Shown here: positions 25,966 through 32,000 of the stretch, piece after piece
How positions within the stretch are numbered: position 1 is the first letter of the stretch
How the letters are laid out: every line of letters starts with the position of its first letter
Origin: Opitutales bacterium
GTDB taxonomy: Bacteria; Verrucomicrobiota; Verrucomicrobiia; Opitutales; PNEW01
Length of the DNA: 32,000 nt
Reading direction: 5' to 3'
Assembly: GCA_965219535.1 (NCBI GenBank)
Contig: CBDCNV010000001.1
Coordinates: forward strand, 180,001-212,000
Notes under the pieces: generated by a model
What the model was told of the DNA's origin: nothing
Seen by the model: the letters and a program-made list of their open reading frames with translations, nothing else
Database searches by the model: none
Translations under genes and position numbers: made by a program

Positions 25966-27183
25966 ATGGCGAAACAGAGATTTAAAATCACCGGGTTTAT
26001 CAACCCTAGCGGGTCAGAAGTGTGGCGGTTATCAGGTACCCTAAACGGTAAGCAAATCCGAAAAAATTTCAAGTCCCGAAACGATGCTGTCGCCGAGCGT
26101 CAAAAGTTATCAATACGCTATCTAAATGAACAGTCCGAAGGGCAGACCGTTTGGACAACACTGACCCACGGACAGAACAAAGAGGCCATTTCAGCTATTA
26201 ATCTCCTCAACCAAGCCAAGGTCAATAAACCTCTCACCTTCGCTGTTAACTACTTTTTAGCACATTATAAAGAAGCTGCTGAGACAATGACTGTCGAAGA
26301 GGCCGTCCGGGAGTATTGCGATCATAAATCGAAAGAATTAGAGCGCGGAATCATATCCTATCGCCAGGAGCACGCTATTACCTTGGAGATGAAAAAATTA
26401 AAACGCTATTTCCCGGGACGGATCGTGAATGAAATTCAAGCTGAAGAGCTTAATGCTTACCTCGACACACGACACGGTCGATCAAAAGCAACGCTCTCCC
26501 TTAAAAGCTGGAATAACTACCGTGGATACTTAAGTACCTTTTTTAAGTACTGCGTATCGAAAAAATATGTTGGAGAAAATCCGATCCTGGAAGTTCCCCA
26601 GTATAAAATAAAGCAACGCAGGGGTACAGCGGAGATTCTCTCTGCAAATGAAGCAGCCGATCTGATGGAATGGCTGGAAACTTATCGAGGCAAGCAGAAC
26701 AGGGACGGATCCTGGTGGGGAGAACCCGGCTGCATGGTCCCCTATTTCTCATTAGCCCTGTTTGCAGGAATCAGACCCGACTGGAAGCACGGTGAAATGA
26801 GCAAACTCAAACCAAAGCACATCCATACGGACACCGGGGTTATTCTTATCGAACCGGATGTTTCTAAAGTTAATGATAAACGTGCCATTAAAATCCAACC
26901 CAACTTAAGCCTCTGGCTTGAGAAGTATCTTCCTGCCCGCAACCCCATCATCCCAACAAGAAGGTTCAGAGACATGTGGGTCCATGTCCGAAAAGAGCGC
27001 AAACTATCTCATAATGTCCTTCGGCATACCTATATATCGATGACGGTGGGGTCCTTTCGCTCGGTGGGAGACGCCGCCCTGCAGGCGGGTAACTCTGAAT
27101 CAGTGATCCGTAAATACTATCTCGACCTGGTAACTACGGAGGAAGCAGATCGCTTCTGGCAGATAGTCCCACTGAGGGATTAA
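25966..27183 (+). CDS. Tyrosine-type site-specific integrase
   Basis: C-terminal catalytic region with AGIRPD (Arg), VLRHTYIS (HxxR) and a terminal Tyr in IRKYYLDL. It lies directly downstream of a tRNA. Confidence 0.9.
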   Translation: MAKQRFKITGFINPSGSEVWRLSGTLNGKQIRKNFKSRNDAVAERQKLSIRYLNEQSEGQTVWTTLTHGQNKEAISAINLLNQAKVNKPLTFAVNYFLAHYKEAAETMTVEEAVREYCDHKSKELERGIISYRQEHAITLEMKKLKRYFPGRIVNEIQAEELNAYLDTRHGRSKATLSLKSWNNYRGYLSTFFKYCVSKKYVGENPILEVPQYKIKQRRGTAEILSANEAADLMEWLETYRGKQNRDGSWWGEPGCMVPYFSLALFAGIRPDWKHGEMSKLKPKHIHTDTGVILIEPDVSKVNDKRAIKIQPNLSLWLEKYLPARNPIIPTRRFRDMWVHVRKERKLSHNVLRHTYISMTVGSFRSVGDAALQAGNSESVIRKYYLDLVTTEEADRFWQIVPLRD

Positions 27184-27242
27184 TTAGTTGGATAAGCTTA
27201 ATAATATAGATTAACTGTGACCTGTCGGCGTAAAACTGTACC
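27112..27242 (+). repeat. Direct repeat copy A (last 72 nt of the integrase gene plus 59 nt downstream)
   Basis: It aligns with 28643-28773. The coding part is near-identical (TAAATACTATCTCGACCTGGTAACTA[C/T]GGAG[G/A]AAGCAGATCGCTTCTGG...). The downstream part is more diverged but shares AAGCTTAATAA.ATAGA...ACTGTGACCTGT. Confidence 0.85.
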
Positions 27243-27799
27243 CCAAAAGAATTAGTCTAAGTAGGATGGAAAATCTCATAACACGTAAGAGATAGAATCA
27301 CCTGATTGCAACGATTAAATCTTTCGACGTCCTATACGATTTTGCTTATGGAGATGGACTGATTGCTGATCACCTATATCGAACGGATGGCCAGACATTT
27401 TGCCAATCATGGTAATCGTTACCGAGGCAAACATGATTTTTATTTCCGGGCTGAAGGATCAATTCGAAAAATTTGTGAATAGATTGGTAGAGTCACACAA
27501 TGAAAGAACGTAACTATAATAAACGGCGACCGGATGTTGAAATTACCAATATATTCAAAATTATATGATAAATATCACTCGACGATGTATCGTATGGATT
27601 TGCAGTGCTAGAGAGCATCGGACCAGGAGGGTCAAAGTTTCTTTCCATCAAGACTAGTACCCTCACAATTGAAAGTCGCGAAAATCGGGGTTCGCATCTA
27701 GGGAGATGCGCTCCATCGAATCCTTGTCGAGATCATTGCGATCGCCTAATCATAGAATCCGATCTAGCAACTGCTCTGATCGGGTGAGCTAAGACAGTC

Positions 27800-27964
27800 A
27801 TGCAAACATCACAGCAACAACCGCTGCGGAAACGCCAGTCCCTCTTCGACAACAAGATAATGGATGGTAAGAAACTGATCAACAACCGTCTCTACGTCTT
27901 TTTCGGACTGATCATCATTGCCGTACTTACAATTATCTTCATAAGCGAAGCGCAGAAACAATAA
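27800..27964 (+). CDS. Candidate small membrane protein (54 aa), below the ORF-track cutoff
   Basis: ATG...TAA translates to MQTSQQQPLRKRQSLFDNKIMDGKKLINNRLYVFFGLIIIAVLTIIFISEAQKQ. It has a basic N-terminus and one C-terminal hydrophobic helix. No clear Shine-Dalgarno sequence is present. It overlaps the antisense 63-aa ORF at 27809-28000. Confidence 0.25.
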   Translation: MQTSQQQPLRKRQSLFDNKIMDGKKLINNRLYVFFGLIIIAVLTIIFISEAQKQ

Positions 27965-28248
27965 ACACTTCAAGTCCCATACCAGATTAACATGAAGCAT
28001 CTTAGCTTTACTGCATAGTTTCGCCCGATAAAAGCTTCCACAGCCTTTGATCGTGAATCCAACTCCTCTCTCTTAAACTGCTAATAAATTAATTTTTTAT
28101 GCTATTTATGAAGTACTTATGAATCATCATTTCACTTAATCCCAGAGAAACTAAATAGTCGCATATAGCGTTAAATAGCGAAAAGTGGGGTGTATTTGGG
28201 GAGCGGAAATCACTCGATCTCATTGAATGTTATTAACTGTAACAAGCG

Positions 28249-28289
28249 ACAACATCTAACAACATCTATAATGTTAGTCCTTAACATTA
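28249..28289. repeat. Iteron-like cluster: tandem ACAACATCTA x2 followed by hairpin TAATGTT-AGTCCTT-AACATTA
   Basis: Read directly: 28249-28258 and 28259-28268 are identical 10-mers. 28269-28275 and 28283-28289 are a 7-bp inverted repeat that shares the AACAT core. Confidence 0.5.
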
Positions 28290-28608
28290 TGAAGATGCGA
28301 CTACTAGCGCGATTCAAAGGTTATCAAGTTTAGGATTTTGCTTTCTCAACTCTGACACTAAATTCAGAGAATATAGCATTTTTGCTTATTGATTGTGGCT
28401 GCGATTGCGGCCCTTATAGTAATTCTGTTGTCGAATCACACATTGCACCAGCATTAGCCGCTTACCGAGCGTTCAGGATAAAATCCCTGATCGTAACCCG
28501 TTATTCGTAGCAGTTTAAGTGAGAGGGTTATCGGGTGTTAATGATTTTAGAATTGATGTATAAGAGAGATTCTGGCGAAGTGAGGGCGTAGCCCGAACGT
28601 GGCCAAGA

Positions 28609-28773
28609 TCTGAAAGGAAACTGACAAATTCTAGTGGGCTTTTAAATACTATCTCGACCTGGTAACTATGGAGAAAGCAGATCGCTTCTGGTAAATAGTC
28701 CCTCTGAGAATCAATTTGTGCAACAAGCTTAATAAAATAGAGTGACTGTGACCTGTTCACATAAAATTGGACC
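28609..28773 (+). pseudogene. Remnant of a second tyrosine integrase gene (3' end only) plus downstream flank; direct repeat copy B at 28643-28773
   Basis: It translates KYYLDLVTMEKADRFW*, against KYYLDLVTTEEADRFWQIVPLRD* in the intact gene, with a premature TAA. Weaker, indel-ridden similarity extends about 30 nt upstream (GGAAAC..AATTCTAGTG vs GGTAACTCTGAATCAGTG). Confidence 0.65.
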
Positions 28774-28902
28774 TGTAAAGATTTAGGCTGGGATGGGTGG
28801 AAAAGCAATTAAAAAACAAGAGGAAGCCCCCCTTGGGGGGCATAGCAAAACCTTAAGAAAAAATGATCTATGCCCTAAGGTAAATAGTAATCAGATGAAG
28901 GA

Positions 28903-29650
28903 TTGGCGAACTTGAGCCGAGAGTTAGGTGTAAGAGAACAGATCTTACCTCCGTTGGTAGTGAAAATACGTGGGCATGAGAATGAGCGAATTAAGATGCC
29001 TGAAGCAACACGACTTAGAAAATGCTAAATTATAGAAGCTGGTAGCTGATCTGGACCAGGACAAACATATGCTTCAGGAGATTATCTCAAAAAAGTTAAA
29101 AGCTTGAGCGTAAGAAGGTGATTGCTGAGAGGTTAGTAGAAACCCATTCGGTGAGCCAATGCCAGGCGTGCTGGTTGAGGCCGTTGGGTTGGTCGAGTTA
29201 TTACTACCGCCGTGTGAAAAAAGATGAACGTACCTTGATCGTGCGTATCGGTGACCTCGTCGCCGTCTGTGTGCTCTACGGGTATAGACGTATCACGGTG
29301 TTAATGCAGCGGGAAGTTTGGTCGGAAGGAAAGTAACGCGGTTATCGAATATACAAAGGTTAAAGGCAGGAAATGCGTAAGGAGAAAGTTAAGAAACGTG
29401 CTACTTAAAAGCAGATCTTATTGCTCACGGCTTCAGTGCCCTGATAACGCTGGTCGATGGAGTTTTTGAACGATCGGCTGGCTAAAGGCTGTTCCATAGT
29501 ACATTTTCACCGTTGTTGATGAGTGGATTTTCGACCACGTCATCCATCTGGATTTTTATCCAATCATGCAAACCCGTAGAAAAAGTCCATATCATATCGA
29601 AAGCTTAAATGGATGCTTACGCAAATGAAAACCAATACCAACCTGCCAAA
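28903..29650 (+). pseudogene. Decayed IS3-family insertion sequence (OrfA/OrfB fragments with stops, frameshifts and deletions)
   Basis: OrfA-like LANLSRELGVREQ and ENAKL*KLVADLDQDKHMLQEIISKKL (leucine-zipper region). OrfB-like SQCQACWLRPLGWSSYYYRR...LYGYRRITVLMQRE. A C-terminal fragment FIQSCKPVEKVHIISKA*MDAYANEN corresponds to FI.PGKP..N..IESFNG.LR.E.LNEN. The ORF-track entry 29118-29336 is one fragment of this element. Confidence 0.7.
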
Positions 29651-29822
29651 TCTAACATTGTCACTGGTACAGTAAACGGGATCAGGTCACCCATATCAAT
29701 TCTTTTTCAGCCGCACAAATAATATGATATGATATTCTGGAATTTACTATATTAGGAAAAATTTTACACAACTCCATTAACCTTAGGAGTGGCTGAAAAA
29801 TCAGCACTGTCTTTTGCAATAG

Positions 29823-29840
29823 GCTCAAGAATTCTTGAGC
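29823..29840. promoter_or_regulatory. Perfect 18-bp palindrome GCTCAAGAATTCTTGAGC in the AT-rich region upstream of the 461-aa gene
   Basis: Read directly; it is its own reverse complement. It lies about 200 nt upstream of the 30041 start, inside a strongly AT-rich stretch. Operator function is inferred only. Confidence 0.3.
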
Positions 29841-30040
29841 GTCGGTTTATAATCTTCTATCATTTCTTTATATTCATTAAAAGATAGGGTTATTTTATTT
29901 CAATATTTATCATATTTTTATAAAATTGTTATTTATTATGTTGCTAGCATTAAAGTTACTAAAAATCTTAAACTAGGAAATTCCGTCATGGGAAGAAGCA
30001 CCCCTCTTCGCGCCTTTAATAGCCTCGGTAGAATTAAGCT

Positions 30041-31426
30041 ATGAACGATTGGTTGTTTTGGGGCCGGGTAACCTTCAACAATCGAGAAATAGCAACGGGA
30101 ATCTGGCTCCTGTTTGCGTTTATTCTCTGCCTCTTGCTCAAGGATGTCCGCAGCAGCATGTGGGGAATTCCCAAAGCATTCTTGCAGATTAAATTACTTA
30201 TCCTGTTTGGATCATTGGCCGTGAATGTTACGGGGTTGTGTTGGCTTTACTTGTGGCTTGGATTTTGGACCATCGATCAAATAATTTCGACCGTCTTGTG
30301 GTTCTTTCTCTCTGGAATCGCTCTGACTGGCCGATCAATCTCGGTCGAAGACGAGGGCTACTTCAAGAATCTCTTCTTTGATAACTTTAAGGTTGCAGGG
30401 ATATTTGAGTTTCTGGTTGTGGCCTATTCATTTAGACTACCAGTCGAACTTGTGTTAGTTCCTTTTATGACATTCGTCGGTCTCATGATCGTTTTCACTG
30501 GCATCGCGGAAAAATATGCTTCGGTCAAGATAATCTTCGAGTGGATCGCCATTGCCGTAGTGGTGATGCTCCTCTGGAAGTCAGTTGGAAGTATCTGGAA
30601 ACAACCTGACGCCTTTTTCACAACGCAGACAGGACGTACTTTTCTGCTTCCAGCCCTACTGACCATTGGGTCGATTCCATTCTTCTACATTTGGTACTGT
30701 TACTGCCACATCGAAATTGCACACATTAAAATCGACTTCAAGACCTTCCAATCGGACGAACTCAAACGCTATGCAAGAAAGCGTTTCTTCCTTACCTTCA
30801 TGGCCCGACCTTGGCTCTTGCGGCGCGCGACCAGACAATTTCATAACATGCCCGCCAACACGAATAGTGACGTCGATCAGATCATCGAAGACATTCTTAT
30901 TTATGAACGGCAGAGTGACTCCCCCCCTGAAGTTGACGAGAACTATGGCTGGAGTCCATACTTGGCACGCGACTTCCTCAAAGCAGAAGGATTGCGAACA
31001 AGCGATTATTACTCCACTCACAAAGGCGCAGAATGGTCGGCGAGCTCAAACTATTTAGATCTTGATAGCCATGTCCTTCCAAACAAGGTCGTTTTCTATG
31101 TCAATGGACTCCAAGAGATGGTGACTACACTAAAGCTTAAAGGTAATTTCCGTGATGACTTTGACCCTACTTTGGCCAAAAAGAGGTTCAATGAGATAGC
31201 TAAAACTCTTCTCGAACGAAGCATTTCAAGTGACTTTAACCGCGTCATAAATTTGATCAATTCCGACAGGGATTTCGCTTTAGTTATCGACAAGACACGT
31301 GTGGTTCGGAGAACAGATCGTTATCAAAATAAAAAGGATTTTGAAATGTACTTCATTCTTGTTCGAGGCTCTCTCCCAGGCATAAAAGGGTTCGGCGTTG
31401 CTGAAAGCCCGTCCGATATCGGGTAA
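30041..31426 (+). CDS. Hypothetical integral membrane protein: about 7 N-terminal hydrophobic helices plus a soluble C-terminal domain of about 230 aa
   Basis: The 461-aa ORF is the only long ORF in the island after the integrase. Hydrophobic segments include IWLLFAFILCLLL, LLILFGSLAVNVTGLCWLYLWLGFW, VLWFFLSGIALTG, LVLVPFMTFVGLMIVFTGI, WIAIAVVVMLLW and FLLPALLTIGSIPFFYIWY. I recognise no family for either half. Confidence 0.75.
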   Translation: MNDWLFWGRVTFNNREIATGIWLLFAFILCLLLKDVRSSMWGIPKAFLQIKLLILFGSLAVNVTGLCWLYLWLGFWTIDQIISTVLWFFLSGIALTGRSISVEDEGYFKNLFFDNFKVAGIFEFLVVAYSFRLPVELVLVPFMTFVGLMIVFTGIAEKYASVKIIFEWIAIAVVVMLLWKSVGSIWKQPDAFFTTQTGRTFLLPALLTIGSIPFFYIWYCYCHIEIAHIKIDFKTFQSDELKRYARKRFFLTFMARPWLLRRATRQFHNMPANTNSDVDQIIEDILIYERQSDSPPEVDENYGWSPYLARDFLKAEGLRTSDYYSTHKGAEWSASSNYLDLDSHVLPNKVVFYVNGLQEMVTTLKLKGNFRDDFDPTLAKKRFNEIAKTLLERSISSDFNRVINLINSDRDFALVIDKTRVVRRTDRYQNKKDFEMYFILVRGSLPGIKGFGVAESPSDIG

Positions 31427-31446
31427 AGTGATTTCAGTGGTTTGTG

Positions 31447-32000
31447 ATTCACCCGATTTGACGGATGAGGAGTCTACGCTTATCGCCTCGCTTCTGCAAA
31501 GCCACCTATAAAAGTGCCCATTGCTTAAGATCGTCGATGAGATCTTCTACGGACTGCGTGTAGGGCAGGGGTACATGCTTCTTGAGAGCTTCCTTTCGCG
31601 TAACATAGTCTACTACTGTATCGTCCTCTGGCGCGTTGAGAGGACATAGATCAGCTTACACCACACCCTTGTCATGCAGACACGGGACACGCGATCGACA
31701 CCCAGTCAGTCCAAACGACCGAAAACATCGAACCGTGCGGATATGATGCTAAAGGGCTTGCGCAATTGCTACCCCTGGCTGGAATTACTCTCCGCTGAAG
31801 CAGGATATGTGGTCGAGAAACCTAAAGCCACACTGAAGGGACCCTGGTGTTAAGCTTAAAATCGATAAACGGTGTCGCTCGGCAACGAGCTTTATACTTA
31901 TTACCCGCCGTTGAGCAGTCGAGCTCAGCTTTGCTTGGGGCCAAAAAATTACAGGTGGTCGAACTACCCAAACTGGTTCACTGGAACAGTTAGACTTTCG
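31447..32000 (+). pseudogene. Decayed IS5-family (DDE) transposase gene, truncated by the window end
   Basis: Across shifting frames: DLTDEESTLIASLL (cf. LTDEEWALIAPLLP), IVDEIFYGLRVGQGYMLL (cf. ILNAIFYVLRTGCQWRML), IDTQSVQTTEN..GYDA (cf. IDSQSVKTTE..GYDAGKK), LSAEAGY (cf. IWADGGY), and LKIDKR...AVELSFAW (cf. LEIVKR...VVERTFAWL). Several in-frame stops and frameshifts are present. Confidence 0.75.

Larger units (their letters stand above)
25910..32000. mobile_element. Degraded integrative genomic island at the 3' side of tRNA-Pro (right boundary not in the window)
   Basis: An integrase follows the tRNA after a 56-nt gap. Composition becomes visibly more AT-rich. IS3- and IS5-family pseudogenes, an integrase 3'-end duplicate and an orphan gene are present. 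No convincing copy of the tRNA 3' end was found downstream. Confidence 0.6.

Noticed and set aside
27716-27723. Possible attR: TCGAATCC matches the tRNA-Pro T-loop region. A second partial match, GAATCCA, lies at 28054-28060.
   Set aside because: Only 7-8 nt match exactly and the flanks diverge immediately. That is within chance expectation for about 6 kb, so no island boundary is called.
28378-28500. Hydrophobic stretch FCLLIVAAIAALIVILL, reminiscent of a prepilin-type N-terminal helix or of an integrase box-I region. Nearby frames read VIRSSLSE...IREILAK, reminiscent of an integrase HxxR region.
   Set aside because: The frames are broken by many stops and the resemblance is only pattern-level. 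The region may be decayed integrase body, but I cannot support that without an alignment.
28515-28808. 97-aa minus-strand ORF. The 60-aa ORF at 27605-27787 (+) and the 63-aa ORF at 27809-28000 (-) are similar cases.
   Set aside because: The 97-aa ORF is antisense to the integrase 3' relic. The others have no motifs or ribosome-binding sites, and one depends on a non-ATG start. All are likely spurious.
29118-29336. 72-aa ORF listed in the track as if it were an independent gene.
   Set aside because: It is the N-terminal fragment of an IS3-family OrfB (..YYYRR..YGYRRI..) within a frameshifted and deleted element. It is reported as part of the pseudogene instead.
1-32000. Search for CRISPR arrays, rRNA genes or additional tRNAs.
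   Set aside because: No regularly spaced direct repeats of 25-40 nt and no rRNA-like sequence were seen. Only one cloverleaf, tRNA-Pro, could be folded.

Overview
This is a bacterial chromosomal window in three blocks.

(1) 1-5.7 kb holds oxidoreductase and transport genes: a Gfo/Idh/MocA C-terminus, an SDR, a PhyH-type dioxygenase, an MFS transporter and an orphan 261-aa protein. These are interspersed with REP-like hairpin doublets. A 145-aa REP-associated tyrosine transposase (RAYT) sits between two copies of the doublet.

(2) 5.7-24.9 kb is an unbroken run of 16 minus-strand genes.
- Sugar-acid module: SMP-30 lactonase, enolase-superfamily dehydratase and a Na+/solute symporter.
- MlrC/M81 peptidase-like protein and a 929-aa secreted FG-GAP repeat protein.
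- Signal-peptide-less GH67-like protein and a Cys-type sulfatase.
- Gfo/Idh/MocA oxidoreductase, 2-hydroxyacid dehydrogenase and amidohydrolase-2 lactonase-like genes.
- Acetoin-dehydrogenase-type cluster: E1 alpha, E1 beta, lipoyl E2, a VOC protein and a BudC-like SDR, with no E3.

(3) 25.1-32 kb starts with a Fur-family regulator that lacks the usual metal ligands, followed by tRNA-Pro(UGG). Directly downstream is a visibly more AT-rich integrated island.
- An intact tyrosine integrase.
- A second copy of the integrase 3' end about 1.5 kb downstream.
- About 2.8 kb with almost no coding capacity, including a decayed IS3-family element.
- An orphan 461-aa multi-pass membrane protein.
- A decayed IS5-family transposase running off the window.

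No CRISPR array or rRNA was seen. The gene content (sulfatase, FG-GAP protein, GH-like enzyme) suggests a marine polysaccharide degrader, possibly of the PVC group. That is only an impression.

The best candidates for something new are the orphan membrane protein and the non-coding stretch in the tRNA-Pro island. Next come the REP/RAYT system with interrupted REP hairpins and the cytoplasmic sulfatase/GH67-like catabolic array.
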